From positions 14,440 to 78,439 of the forward strand of contig JANNWY010000071.1 in NCBI GenBank assembly GCA_031409335.1: a stretch of 64,000 nt of DNA, read 5' to 3'. The DNA comes from Chthoniobacteraceae bacterium (GTDB lineage: Bacteria > Verrucomicrobiota > Verrucomicrobiia > Chthoniobacterales > Chthoniobacteraceae). The translations under genes and the position numbers were made by a program. A model generated the notes under the pieces. That model had not been told where the DNA came from, did no database searches, and was given only the letters and a program-made list of their open reading frames with translations. Of this stretch, positions 19,316-29,209 are shown piece by piece; the stretch's first letter is position 1, and each line of letters opens with the position of its first letter.

Positions 19316-19391
19316 CGTCCGCCGAGAAGTCGAGAAACATGGTTTGAATACCCGCGAACCCGCTATTTCTCTTGTTGCGGCGGCAGTTTGA

Positions 19392-19925
19392 ATGCCCCAC
19401 AATCCCAACTTTATGACGCCAGAATTTTCCCCGCGCATCCCGACGATTCGCAAAGCCCATCTTCCCCCCGGTTTTGCTTATCCGCTCGGAGCCGGTCCAG
19501 TCAGTGAGGTTCTCACCGAGGTTCCTCAGTTCAACAAGTTGACTCTCAGCTTTTCGAATCTCACGCCACTTCTTCGCCCGCCGCTCCGGGTGCCCGGGTT
19601 CCCCGTCCTGCGGCTCACATACAGCAACTATCCGCAATACATCCCGCGGAACGTGGCGGCGGAAGACATCGCAAAAACCTTTGGCGGCGAACGCTGGCAC
19701 ATCGAAATCCTTCCCACCGAAGTCGAGCGCAGGATGACCGTGCAGCAACTCCTGATCGATACCGGTATCGCGCTCCTGCGCGACTGGATGGTCGGACCCG
19801 ACGCGCCGACCGGGGCGGACCAAGCGAAGCGCGTGGTCGAGGTGTGGTATTTCTACGACACCGGAGTTATCAAACTCCACATCGTGAACATGAATCACAA
19901 CGAAAAATCCGAATCGAAGGAGTGA
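19392..19925 (+). CDS. Hypothetical protein
   Basis: 177-aa ORF with gene-like codon use filling the gap between two genes; no family recognised. Confidence 0.55.
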   Translation: MPHNPNFMTPEFSPRIPTIRKAHLPPGFAYPLGAGPVSEVLTEVPQFNKLTLSFSNLTPLLRPPLRVPGFPVLRLTYSNYPQYIPRNVAAEDIAKTFGGERWHIEILPTEVERRMTVQQLLIDTGIALLRDWMVGPDAPTGADQAKRVVEVWYFYDTGVIKLHIVNMNHNEKSESKE

Positions 19926-19998
19926 TGGTGCGGTAGAGATGCGGCGGGCGGGCCGTATGGTGGGGAATCTCGAAATCAAGATAATCTTTGCGTGATCG

Positions 19999-20022
19999 TT
20001 CTTTCAGGAAATAATGAAAGAA
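19999..20022. promoter_or_regulatory. Operator-like palindrome upstream of the GbsR-family gene
   Basis: Perfect IR TTCTTTCA-N8-TGAAAGAA ending just before ATG 20027. Confidence 0.65.
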
Positions 20023-20026
20023 AGGT

Positions 20027-20572
20027 ATGACCGCCTCGAAAGCCACCCTGGCAGCAGCCGAAAGCGCAAGATTGAGCGCGGCGCGGGATGAGTTCATCAC
20101 GCAATGGGGCGCGATGGGAAGCGCGTGGGGGATCAACCGGACGATGGCGCAGATTCATGCGCTGCTGCTCATCACCGATCGCGCGCTGAGCACGGATGAG
20201 ATCATGGACGACCTGAAGATCAGCCGGGGGAATGCGAATATGAATCTCCGCGACCTGGTCGGCTGGGGGTTGATTCGGAGCGTGATTCGGAAGGGAGAGC
20301 GAAAGGAGTACTTCGAGGCGGAGAAAGATGTTTGGAAGGTGTTTTGCACCATCGTCCGGGAGCGGAAGCGTCGCGAAATCCGACCGGCCATCAACGTGCT
20401 CAAGGATTGCATCGACCGGACCGACGATCTCACTTCCCCGGAAGCGGCGGCTTTTACCAGGCAGGCGGAGGCGCTGTGCGAGTTTATGGAAATGGCCGAC
20501 GGCGTCCTCAGCAAAGTGGTGCGCTCGCAGGAAAGCTCGATCGTCCCGTGGGCGTTGAAATTTCTCAAATGA
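20027..20572 (+). CDS. GbsR/MarR family transcriptional regulator
   Basis: FITQWGAMGSAWGINRTMAQIHALL...ISRGNANMNLRDLVGWGLI...GERKEYFEAEKDVW. Confidence 0.9.
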   Translation: MTASKATLAAAESARLSAARDEFITQWGAMGSAWGINRTMAQIHALLLITDRALSTDEIMDDLKISRGNANMNLRDLVGWGLIRSVIRKGERKEYFEAEKDVWKVFCTIVRERKRREIRPAINVLKDCIDRTDDLTSPEAAAFTRQAEALCEFMEMADGVLSKVVRSQESSIVPWALKFLK

Positions 20573-20597
20573 GAAACGCCATCTTTTTGCCAATCAC

Positions 20598-20615
20598 TTT
20601 CAACGAATCCTGAAA
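20598..20615. promoter_or_regulatory. Second copy of the TTTCA-N8-TGAAA operator-like motif
   Basis: TTTCA-ACGAATCC-TGAAA lies about 35 nt upstream of ATG 20651 and has the same spacing as the 20002-20019 copy. Confidence 0.6.
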
Positions 20616-20650
20616 CAACAAGAACAACAAATAGAAAGGAAATCAATGCC

Positions 20651-21052
20651 ATGAACCCGACCGTCTGGACCTACATCGCCTACCTCACCATCAGCGTCGC
20701 CCTGACCGTCTGGGTTGCCCGCACGCTCCACAAAAATGGGCGCATCTTCCTCGTGGACAGTTTCCACGGCAACGAACAACTCGCCGACTCGATCAATCAC
20801 CTGCTGCTCGTCGGCTTCTATCTCATCAATATCGGCTATGTAAGCCTCGCGCTGAAATACGGCGACAAACCCGCGAATCTCCAGGAGGTGCTCGAAGCTC
20901 TCAGCACGAAGGTCGGCGCCGTGCTCCTGATTCTCGGCGCGATGCACTTCTTCAATCTCTATGTCTTCTCGAAGATGCGCCGTCGCGCCCTGCTGCACGG
21001 CGCGCCACCGCCGATCCCGCCAAATGCGCACCTCCCGGTCGCCAGCCGGTGA
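20651..21052 (+). CDS. Small three-TM membrane protein
   Basis: Good RBS (AGAAAGGA); hydrophobic helices; NGRIFL...LADSINHLLLVGFYLINIG...K.G..L..LG.MHFFN. Confidence 0.8.
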   Translation: MNPTVWTYIAYLTISVALTVWVARTLHKNGRIFLVDSFHGNEQLADSINHLLLVGFYLINIGYVSLALKYGDKPANLQEVLEALSTKVGAVLLILGAMHFFNLYVFSKMRRRALLHGAPPPIPPNAHLPVASR

Positions 21053-21489
21053 AAACCCTTTACGTCCTTTACGATGGCCGCTGTGAATTTTGCCGGCGTT
21101 GCCGTGGCTGGCTCGGTCAGCAGCCCGCGTTCGTCCCGCTCGCTTTCATCCCGCTGCAGTCGCCGGAGATCGCGGTTCGTTTCCCGGGCATTGAGAGCCT
21201 TCACCCCGAAGAACGCCTCGTGGTGATCAGTGACGAAGGAGATGCCTGGCGCGGTGACGGAGCGTGGATCATGTGCCTGTGGGCATTGCGCGAGTATCGC
21301 GAGTGGTCGCTGCGTTTCGCAAATCCGCTGCTTCGACCGTTCGCCCGGCAGGCGTGTGAGCTGATCTCGGAAAAGCGTCACGCGATCTCGCGCTGGCTGG
21401 CCGCTGAGCCGACTGAGCGACTGCGCGCGCGACTCGCCGCAGTCCGGCGTGAAGAGTGCGGGCAGGATGGCTACTGCAAAGCCCGGTAG
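21049..21489 (+). CDS. DCC1-like thiol-disulfide oxidoreductase (DUF393)
   Basis: N-terminal VLYDGRCEFCRRC (DxxCxxC); GTGA overlap with the upstream gene. Confidence 0.85.
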   Translation: MKTLYVLYDGRCEFCRRCRGWLGQQPAFVPLAFIPLQSPEIAVRFPGIESLHPEERLVVISDEGDAWRGDGAWIMCLWALREYREWSLRFANPLLRPFARQACELISEKRHAISRWLAAEPTERLRARLAAVRREECGQDGYCKAR

Positions 21490-21502
21490 CGTGCGGCATT
21501 CC

Positions 21503-22456
21503 ATGAAGATCGTGATCCCAGGCGGTTCAGGCCAAGTCGGCACGCTGCTCGCCCGGGCGTTCCACGCGGGCGGCCACGAGGTCTGCGTGCTCAGCCGGAC
21601 TCCCGGGGATTTGCCGTGGGCCGCGATCTTTTGGGATGGGGAAATGCTCGGCGACTGGTGCAAGGCGATCGATGGCGCCGATGTCGTGATCAACCTCGCG
21701 GGGCGCAGCGTGAACTGCCGCTACAACGCCGCGAACCGGCATGAAATCATGCGCTCGCGGGTGAACTCGACGCGCGCCATCGCAGCCGCAATCGCCAGCG
21801 CATGGCATCCGCCGCGCGTCTGGCTGCAAGCAAGCACGGCAACCATCTACGCACACCGCTTTGATGCGCCAAATGATGAAATCAGCGGGATCGTGGGTGG
21901 AGACGAGCCGGGTGCGCCGGACTCATGGCGCTTCAGCATCAAAGTCGCGCAAGCGTGGGAAAACGCGGCAATGGAAATCCCCACGCCCCGAACAAGGCTC
22001 GTCCTGATGCGATCCGCGATGACGATGAGCCCGGCCCGCGGCGGCATTTTCGATACGCTACTCGGCCTCACGCGCTGCGGCCTGGGCGGGCGCGCTGGCA
22101 ATGGACGCCAGTATATCTCGTGGATTCACGAAGCGGATTTTATCCGTGCGGTCCATTGGCTGGTCGAGCACGAGTCATTGCACGGCCCGGTGAATATCGC
22201 CGCACCCGAACCGCTGCCGAACGCGGAGTTCATGCGCATCCTGCGCGCCGCTCATCGAATGCCATTCGGTCTGCCCGCAGCGGAGTGGATGCTCGAAATC
22301 GGAGCGCGCCTCCTCCGCACCGAGACTGAGCTGATTCTCAAAAGCCGCCGCGTCATACCGCGACTCCTCCTCGATTCCGGCTTCACGTTCCAGTTTCCCC
22401 ACTGGAATGCCGCCGCGCGCGACCTGTGCCAGCGCAGTCGCATATCGCGTGGGTGA
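21503..22456 (+). CDS. TIGR01777/YfcH-like NAD-dependent epimerase
   Basis: MKIVIPGGSGQVG, VINLAGRSV, SRVNST, AWE, GRQYISWIH, GPVNIAAP, KSRRVIP..L...GFTF. Confidence 0.88.
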   Translation: MKIVIPGGSGQVGTLLARAFHAGGHEVCVLSRTPGDLPWAAIFWDGEMLGDWCKAIDGADVVINLAGRSVNCRYNAANRHEIMRSRVNSTRAIAAAIASAWHPPRVWLQASTATIYAHRFDAPNDEISGIVGGDEPGAPDSWRFSIKVAQAWENAAMEIPTPRTRLVLMRSAMTMSPARGGIFDTLLGLTRCGLGGRAGNGRQYISWIHEADFIRAVHWLVEHESLHGPVNIAAPEPLPNAEFMRILRAAHRMPFGLPAAEWMLEIGARLLRTETELILKSRRVIPRLLLDSGFTFQFPHWNAAARDLCQRSRISRG

Positions 22457-22513
22457 AGACTTTGTGCGTGGATGAGGTTGCCACGGCTCTCGTCACGGCT
22501 ATCCCTTTACCTC

Positions 22514-22726
22514 ATGCAGGATATTGGAAAGTTCATCGTCATCCTCGGTCTCGTAGTCATCGCGATCGGGGCGTTTATCTGGAAGACAGGCGGGCTCGGA
22601 GGGCTCGGGAAACTGCCCGGCGACATCTTTGTGCAGAAAGGCGATTCCTCATTCTACTTTCCAATCGTCACATGCCTCGTCCTTAGCGTCGTATTGACTC
22701 TGCTCAGTTGGCTGTTTCGGAAATAA
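22514..22726 (+). CDS. DUF2905 family small membrane protein
   Basis: GLGKLPGDI...FYFPIVTCLVLSVVLTL. Confidence 0.85.
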   Translation: MQDIGKFIVILGLVVIAIGAFIWKTGGLGGLGKLPGDIFVQKGDSSFYFPIVTCLVLSVVLTLLSWLFRK

Positions 22727-22807
22727 ATCGGCGATCACTCCTTTCCGCGATCAACGATGTGCTGAAGCCTAAGCCATCCACCGCTCGCTGACATTCTTCA
22801 TCCATCC

Positions 22808-23065
22808 ATGCCATCGCCATCCCACCATCCCCGCGATCCTCTCCACGGCATCACCCTCGAAACAATCCTGAAAGAACTCGTCGGGAAGCATGGCTGGGCG
22901 GAAATGGGTGCGCGGGTTCCGATTCGCTGCTTTCAGTATGACCCGAGCATCAAATCCAGCCTGACCTTTCTTCGCAAGACACCGTGGGCGCGGAAGCGGG
23001 TGGAGGACTGGTTTGCGTGGGAAGCTTCGGAGATTGGGCAGGCGGATTCTCGCGACTCGAAATGA
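22808..23065 (+). CDS. VF530/DUF2132 family protein
   Basis: DPLHGITLE...GW...[26 protein letters not shown]. Confidence 0.9.
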   Translation: MPSPSHHPRDPLHGITLETILKELVGKHGWAEMGARVPIRCFQYDPSIKSSLTFLRKTPWARKRVEDWFAWEASEIGQADSRDSK

Positions 23066-23601
23066 GTCCAAGCGATGCATCGTCCGCGGCATCGCGCCTT
23101 TGTTCGGAGTGCGGACTTTGCTGCAATGGCGTGATGTTTCACACCGTGCGAATGCAACCCGCCGATTCGCCAAAGGCCCTCGCCTCGCTCGGCCTCAAGT
23201 TGAAGCGAAAACGGGGCGCAAACTACATTCTCCAGCCGTGTCCCGCATTTTGTGGCTCGCACTGTGCCATCTACGAATCGCGCCCGGAACGCTGCCGCGT
23301 TTTTGAATGCGAGCAATTGAAGCGTGTCGCCGCCGGCATGATCACCGAGCCCGTCGCGCGGGAAAATATCCGCCAGGCGAAAGTGAAGGTCGCGGAGCTG
23401 GATGAACTGTTGAAAAGTGCCGGTGCCGGTGCCACGAAACGCCCGCTCGCCAAGCGTTTTGAGAAAGCGACGGCTGAACCACTCGATGATTCATCGGAGA
23501 TCGCCACGCTCCAACTCCGAGGCCGCCTGACCACCGCAATGCGCGAACTGAACGCCATTCTCGACTGCGAATTCCGCACCATCCCAGCCGCGAAGCCGTG
23601 A
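23062..23601 (+). CDS. YkgJ-type CxxCxxCC cysteine-cluster protein
   Basis: LCSECGLCC...PCPAF...[20 protein letters not shown] overlap with the upstream gene. Confidence 0.85.
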   Translation: MSPSDASSAASRLCSECGLCCNGVMFHTVRMQPADSPKALASLGLKLKRKRGANYILQPCPAFCGSHCAIYESRPERCRVFECEQLKRVAAGMITEPVARENIRQAKVKVAELDELLKSAGAGATKRPLAKRFEKATAEPLDDSSEIATLQLRGRLTTAMRELNAILDCEFRTIPAAKP

Positions 23602-24455
23602 AGCCCGGTTGCCCAGTTGCCCGGTTGCCTTGTGGAAACCGGTCGGAGCATTCCGCACCTCCCGCAAACGAATGGCAACCAAAGCACAGCGATGCCTCCG
23701 CAAATCGGGAAGGGCAAAATGGCTTGGGCCGCGGGATTGGTCGAACGTCGAGTTGCGATCTCGGTCCACGGGATAGATTCCCAATGCGGCCAGGGACATC
23801 AAATCCGTGCAAAAGACCGATTCGTCGAGAGACACTGATACAAAAGGCGGACGATTGTGAGAAGTGGCCACCAATTCGCTGTAGGAGATTGGATGACAAA
23901 ATATTCAGCTTTCCGGCGCTTTCCGCACGCCCAGCAGGTAGGGTAGAAATACACCCCGGGAATTCGTGGCTAAGATAGTTCATCTCCAACAAATCAACTA
24001 AGAAGAATCCAGCGCCCCTTCACCATTCATAGCGCGGACTGCAATTCCGATTTACACGTTCAAATGAAACCGCAAACGTCGATTTTGGATCGTGCTATAA
24101 GTGAAACAAAAGACACTGTTGACATTATTTCCAGAATCATGTCTCATTCCGCCCCTTCTTAACACAGGAGGGATTCGCCCAAACCTTCCCAAAAAAGGAT
24201 GTTCGGAATGAAAAGCACATCATCAAGTTTCTTAAAATGCGGGTCCAGCGCGAAATTCGCTAAGGCATGCAGGTGCGGCAGCGTGCCGCAACGAGGTTTT
24301 CTGCTGCGCGATCGAGAATTCGCACTTCCGCTGTTTATTGAAGATTCCTATTTTTATAGTTCGCGGCGCGCTGGATTTGATTCTGGTGCATCCTATTTCG
24401 GCGGAAAGACAGTTTCGGCCGACTGTTAGGCAAATGGCTCGGCAACCCTCTCAAG

Positions 24456-25223
24456 ATGCAAACAATTAACCCCCAATTGCACCTAAAAGTGTCCTGCACA
24501 TCGAACGATTCCCCAACTTCAGGTCAGCCACCTGCGCCCGAAGAACAGTACTATGGCGTCAATGCGCTCCCTCGCTGGAAGCGCATTTTCGATGTTCTCG
24601 TCATCTTCGCAGCCGCTCCCATCTGGTTTCCGATCATGATCTGCATCTCGTGCTGGATCAAACTTGTCTCGCCAGGGCCAGTCTTCTTTCGCCAGCAGCG
24701 GGTTGGTTTGCACGGCAGGAAGTTTATGATGCTAAAGTTTAGGAGCATGAAACCCCATGCGGAAACGGACAACCACGAGAATCACTTCGATCACCTCGTT
24801 CAGAGCAATCGACCAATGACGAAACTGGATGTTGCCGGCGACCATCGCATGATCTTTAGCGGTTGGATTCTTCGAGCGACGGGCCTTGATGAATTGCCGC
24901 AACTTTTCAATGTCATCCGCGGCGATATGAGCCTCGTCGGCCCGCGACCCTGCACACCTCGCGAACTCGCAAATTTTCAACCCGCTCAATTAGAACGTTT
25001 CAATGCGACTCCCGGACTAACCGGTTACTGGCAGGTCAACGGCAAAAACAGGACGACATTTAACGAAATGATCGACTTGGATGTCTTTTACGCACGCCAC
25101 CTATCGCTGCGGCTCGATTTGGCGATCATTCGCAAAACCCTTCCCGCCCTGCTCGCGCAAGTCTCCGATTCGCAAAAAGTCCGCGAGCCGTCTGGCGTCC
25201 AGAAGACTCGAACTGCAAACTGA
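24456..25223 (+). CDS. Priming glycosyltransferase (bacterial sugar transferase family)
   Basis: KRIFD...SPGPVFFRQQRVG..G..F...KFRSM...LRATGLDELPQLFNVIRGDMSLVGPRP...PGLTGYWQV. Confidence 0.92.
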   Translation: MQTINPQLHLKVSCTSNDSPTSGQPPAPEEQYYGVNALPRWKRIFDVLVIFAAAPIWFPIMICISCWIKLVSPGPVFFRQQRVGLHGRKFMMLKFRSMKPHAETDNHENHFDHLVQSNRPMTKLDVAGDHRMIFSGWILRATGLDELPQLFNVIRGDMSLVGPRPCTPRELANFQPAQLERFNATPGLTGYWQVNGKNRTTFNEMIDLDVFYARHLSLRLDLAIIRKTLPALLAQVSDSQKVREPSGVQKTRTAN

Positions 25224-25354
25224 AACGCGGGCGCGCGGAAAAAAACAGTGAGCGAGTCGGCCCCTTGGCCGGGCGGATGCCCTACCCATTTCCGCCACCG
25301 CCTGAGCACTCAGAGTCCTGTGCGCGTATCAGCCTAACCACAACACACAAACCC

Positions 25355-26449
25355 ATGAAAAAAAACCTCTCCATCGGAGTCATCGGATGCGGCTACTGGG
25401 GACCAAATCTGGTCCGAAACTTCAACGGGCTCTCCAATTGCACGCTCAAGATGATGTGCGACCTCGACGAGGACCGATTGCGGCACTTGCGGAGCCTATA
25501 CCCCGCAGTAGAAGGAACAACCGACCACACCCATATGTTAAACGGTGCAGATCTGGATGCCGTGGTGATTGCCACACCAGTGAAACATCACCACCCGCTG
25601 GCAAAGGCAAGTCTTCTAGCCGGGAAACATACCTTCATCGAAAAACCGATGGCATCATCTTCCGCCGAGTGTGAGGAGTTAATCGCCATCGCCGACAAGA
25701 AAGGCTTGGTCTTAATGATAGGCCACACCTTCCTCTATTCCGCCCCGGTTCGGAAGATTCAGGAAGTGATCAAAAATGGCGATATTGGCGAGATCCGTTC
25801 GATCAATTCCAGACGTTTGAACTTGGGACTGTTTCAAAAAGACATCAATGTCGCCTGGGACCTCGCTCCCCATGACATATCGATCGTTCTGCACATCCTT
25901 GGCGAATCGCCACTCGTGGTAAACTGCCAGGGGAACGCCCACGTTACACCTGGTATTGAGGACGTGACCAATCTTTCCCTCACATTTAGTGGAAACCGCT
26001 TTGTTTCCATTCAAAGTAGCTGGCTGGAGCCCAGGAAGGTGCGGGAAATGACAATCGTGGGAACCCGCAGGATGATCGTCTATGATGATTTGCAATCGAA
26101 CGAAAAGATCCGCATCTACGATGTCCGAGTCGATCGCCCGCCGCACTACGATTCTTTCGCCGAGTTCCACTATTCCTACCACTACGGCGACAGCTATATT
26201 CCGCATCTCAAGCAAGAAGAGCCTCTCAAAGAACTGTGCCAGCATTTCGTCGATTGCATCAGGACCGGGGCAACTCCGCTGAGTTGCGGTCGCCACGGCT
26301 TGGAGTTGGTTAGAATTCTGGAAGCTGCCTCCGCGTCATTGAAAGCGCAAGGTGCGCCGATTAAATTTTCCGAACACCAAGAACCAGCGCAGTCAACTCC
26401 GCCGGGACGCCGCGGCAAGTCCGCAAACAACATTCTCTCCGCAGCGTAG
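25355..26449 (+). CDS. Gfo/Idh/MocA oxidoreductase (WbpB-like nucleotide-sugar 3-dehydrogenase)
   Basis: GVIGCGYWG, EKP, WDLAPHD; neighbours a hexapeptide acetyltransferase and a DegT aminotransferase. Confidence 0.85.
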   Translation: MKKNLSIGVIGCGYWGPNLVRNFNGLSNCTLKMMCDLDEDRLRHLRSLYPAVEGTTDHTHMLNGADLDAVVIATPVKHHHPLAKASLLAGKHTFIEKPMASSSAECEELIAIADKKGLVLMIGHTFLYSAPVRKIQEVIKNGDIGEIRSINSRRLNLGLFQKDINVAWDLAPHDISIVLHILGESPLVVNCQGNAHVTPGIEDVTNLSLTFSGNRFVSIQSSWLEPRKVREMTIVGTRRMIVYDDLQSNEKIRIYDVRVDRPPHYDSFAEFHYSYHYGDSYIPHLKQEEPLKELCQHFVDCIRTGATPLSCGRHGLELVRILEAASASLKAQGAPIKFSEHQEPAQSTPPGRRGKSANNILSAA

Positions 26450-26940
26450 TGGAGCAACCCACTTATCAACGCATCGCACCGGATGTTGTGCTTGGGCGCA
26501 ACGTCAAAATCCAAGCCTTTGTGAACCTCTACGGATGCGAAATCGGAGATGAAACCCGGATTGGCACATTTGTGGAGATTCAAAAAGGAGTCAAAATTGG
26601 TGAACGCTGCAAGATTCAAAGTCACACCTTTATATGCGAAGGCGTTACAATCGAATCAGAGGTTTTTGTTGGACACGGCGTCACGTTCATAAACGACCGC
26701 CAGCCGCGCGCCACAAGCGGGAGCGGTGCGCTCCAGACAGAAGATGACTGGACATGCCAGCGCACTCTGGTCAAGCAGCGCGCGTCGATCGGTTCGGGTG
26801 CCACTCTGCTCGGAGGCATCACGATCGGCGAAAATGCGTTGATTGGCGCAGGGAGTGTCGTAACCAAAGACGTCCCCGCTAACGCAGTCGTCGCAGGCAA
26901 TCCCGCCAAAGTTCTGAAAATTTCCGCTCCCACACATTGA
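26449..26940 (+). CDS. Hexapeptide-repeat N-acetyltransferase (WbpD-like)
   Basis: Left-handed beta-helix repeats, FINDR.PR, IGAGSVVTKDVP...GNPA. Confidence 0.88.
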   Translation: MEQPTYQRIAPDVVLGRNVKIQAFVNLYGCEIGDETRIGTFVEIQKGVKIGERCKIQSHTFICEGVTIESEVFVGHGVTFINDRQPRATSGSGALQTEDDWTCQRTLVKQRASIGSGATLLGGITIGENALIGAGSVVTKDVPANAVVAGNPAKVLKISAPTH

Positions 26941-26942
26941 TC

Positions 26943-28061
26943 ATGCAAGTTCCTTACCTGAATTTAAAAGCCCAACACGCTCCCTACAAACAGGAATTCG
27001 CGGCTGCCATCCAAGAAGTCATTGATGCCGGTGCCTTTGCGGGAGGTCCGTTCGTTACTGCTTTTGAAGAAGATTTTTCGGCCTACTCCGAATGCCAGCA
27101 TGCCATCGGCTTGGGAAGTGGAACCGACGCAATCTGGCTGACGCTGCTGGCGTTGGGTGTCGGCCAGGGCGACGAAGTGATTACCGTGTCGAATAGTTTC
27201 ATGGCGACCGCCGAGGCAATATCGTACTGTGGCGCAACGCCGGTGTTCGTAGATGTCGATGAACACGCTCATACCATGGACGCGTCCGCGCTTGGGAAGG
27301 CGATCACGCTTCGGACGAAGGCCATCATTCCCGTCCAACTTTTTGGCCAGCCAGCGGACATGGATGCGATCCTTCAAGTCGCGCGTGAACACGCTCTTCC
27401 CGTAGTCGAAGACGCCTGCCAGGCGCATGGCGCGCGTTACAAGGGACGGCGCTGCGGCACCCTCGGTATTGCAGGCAGCTTCAGCTTTTACCCTGGAAAA
27501 AACCTTGGTGCATTCGGCGAAGCAGGAGGTGTGACGACCAACGATGCCGATCTCGCGCAAAAGATCCGCGTGCTCCGCGATCACGGTCAAATCCGTAAGT
27601 ATCATCACACCATGATCGGCTGGAACTGCAGGATGGATGGCATCCAGGGAGCAGTCCTGCGCATCAAACTCCGTCAGCTTGAACAAGGGAATGATCTCCG
27701 GCGCTCCCATGCAGCCCGCTACAATGAAGGATTCGCCGGAATGCCCGAAATCATCACTCCCGCCGAGATGGACTACGCCCGGCATGTCTATCATATCTAT
27801 CCCATTCGCGCGCAGAATCGCGACCGTCTCATGCGGTCACTCGAAGCAAAGGGAATCGGCTGCGGAATTCACTACCCAATCCCCATCCACCTTCAAGAGG
27901 CATACCGCAGTCTCGGCCAGTTGCGTGGTTCCTTTCCGATCGCGGAGCGCGCCGCAGATGAGTTTGTCTCGCTGCCGATGTTCCCCGAACTGACCCATGC
28001 CGAGGTTGATAAAGTCATCGCCGCGGTGAAGGAAGCCATTGTCGAGAACCGTCGTAAATAA
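26943..28061 (+). CDS. DegT/DnrJ/EryC1/StrS aminotransferase (WbpE-like)
   Basis: SGTDA, EDACQAHG, SFYPGKNLGAFGEAG (PLP lysine). Confidence 0.92.
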   Translation: MQVPYLNLKAQHAPYKQEFAAAIQEVIDAGAFAGGPFVTAFEEDFSAYSECQHAIGLGSGTDAIWLTLLALGVGQGDEVITVSNSFMATAEAISYCGATPVFVDVDEHAHTMDASALGKAITLRTKAIIPVQLFGQPADMDAILQVAREHALPVVEDACQAHGARYKGRRCGTLGIAGSFSFYPGKNLGAFGEAGGVTTNDADLAQKIRVLRDHGQIRKYHHTMIGWNCRMDGIQGAVLRIKLRQLEQGNDLRRSHAARYNEGFAGMPEIITPAEMDYARHVYHIYPIRAQNRDRLMRSLEAKGIGCGIHYPIPIHLQEAYRSLGQLRGSFPIAERAADEFVSLPMFPELTHAEVDKVIAAVKEAIVENRRK

Positions 28062-29179
28062 TGCCGATCGCGGAGCTGAGTTGTGCTAACTTTCAGAAGC
28101 CTTCGGTTCGCGCCGAAAGCACGCTGGCAGCCGCTCCGATTGTGAGAATAGACCCTATCGATCCGCTTTCCGACCCCGCATGGGACCGTCTCGCAGGATC
28201 GCATCCAGAGTTTACTTTCTTCCACAGTTCCGCCTGGGCAAAGGTTCTCTCGGCCACCTACGGACACACGCCGCAATACTACTCGTTCAGCAAAGGAACA
28301 AAACTAACAGCGCTACTTCCCATGATGGAAGTGCGGAGTTCGATCACGGGACGCCGCGGTGTGTGTTTGCCATTTACGGATTCGTGCGGTCCGCTCTACT
28401 TTGGCGATGCCCCTCCGACTCACCTCGTGCTGGACCACCTGAGGGAAACGTCCCGGCAACGTAATTGGCGCTACTTCGAGATGAGACAAAACGAAGGCTG
28501 TCTGCCGAATGCGAGGCCTGCTGTGACATTCCACAATCATCTGCTCAATCTGGAAAGCGCGGAGGATAGTCAATTGCACCAATTTGCAAGCCCTGTCCGT
28601 CGTGCCATTAGAAAAGCCGTGCGAAATGGTCTCGAAGCGCGCACCAGCATCGACCGTGCAGGCATCCTTGAGTTTTACGGGCTTCACCTTCAAACTCGAA
28701 AGCGACACGGACTGCCAGGTCAACCAGTTTCGTTTTTTCTAAACATCCAGAAGCACGTGTTAAGTGCCGGATTGGGCTTCGTCGTGATGGTGCATTTGAA
28801 AGAACGACCGGTAGCGGGCGCGGTGTTCTTTCATGCCAACAACAAGGGCATCTACAAATTCGGCGCTTCCGACGCTTCTTTGAACGAACTTCGCGGGAAC
28901 AATCTGGCAATGTGGAAAGGGATTGAGACACTCTCGGAACTCGGCGTCACGACTTTGGACTTTGGCAGGACTTCGCTGGCCAATGACGGATTGCGACGAT
29001 TCAAATCGTCATGGGCTGCGGAAGAGCGGACCATCGAATACATCAAGTTTGACACGAAGATGAACACTTGGGCGGAAGCTCAGGACAACAGCACCGGCAT
29101 TCACACCAGACTTTTTCGACACCTGCCCATTCGCCTGAATCGCGTGGCAGGAGCTTTGCTATATCCTCACTTGGACTAG
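28061..29179 (+). CDS. FemAB-like GNAT protein
   Basis: WD......P..TFFHS..W, LPF.D..GP, VRRAIRKA, NNLAMW, LDFGRT...GLRRFKSSW; resembles the FemAB-related proteins of PEP-CTERM EPS loci. Confidence 0.8.
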   Translation: MPIAELSCANFQKPSVRAESTLAAAPIVRIDPIDPLSDPAWDRLAGSHPEFTFFHSSAWAKVLSATYGHTPQYYSFSKGTKLTALLPMMEVRSSITGRRGVCLPFTDSCGPLYFGDAPPTHLVLDHLRETSRQRNWRYFEMRQNEGCLPNARPAVTFHNHLLNLESAEDSQLHQFASPVRRAIRKAVRNGLEARTSIDRAGILEFYGLHLQTRKRHGLPGQPVSFFLNIQKHVLSAGLGFVVMVHLKERPVAGAVFFHANNKGIYKFGASDASLNELRGNNLAMWKGIETLSELGVTTLDFGRTSLANDGLRRFKSSWAAEERTIEYIKFDTKMNTWAEAQDNSTGIHTRLFRHLPIRLNRVAGALLYPHLD

Positions 29180-29209
29180 CTGACACTTATCCCATTCAGG
29201 TACCCAAGT

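Noticed and set aside
23342..24429. ORFs 23342-23992, 23598-23978 and 24199-24429
   Set aside because: No motifs, atypical composition and mutual overlap; treated as intergenic.
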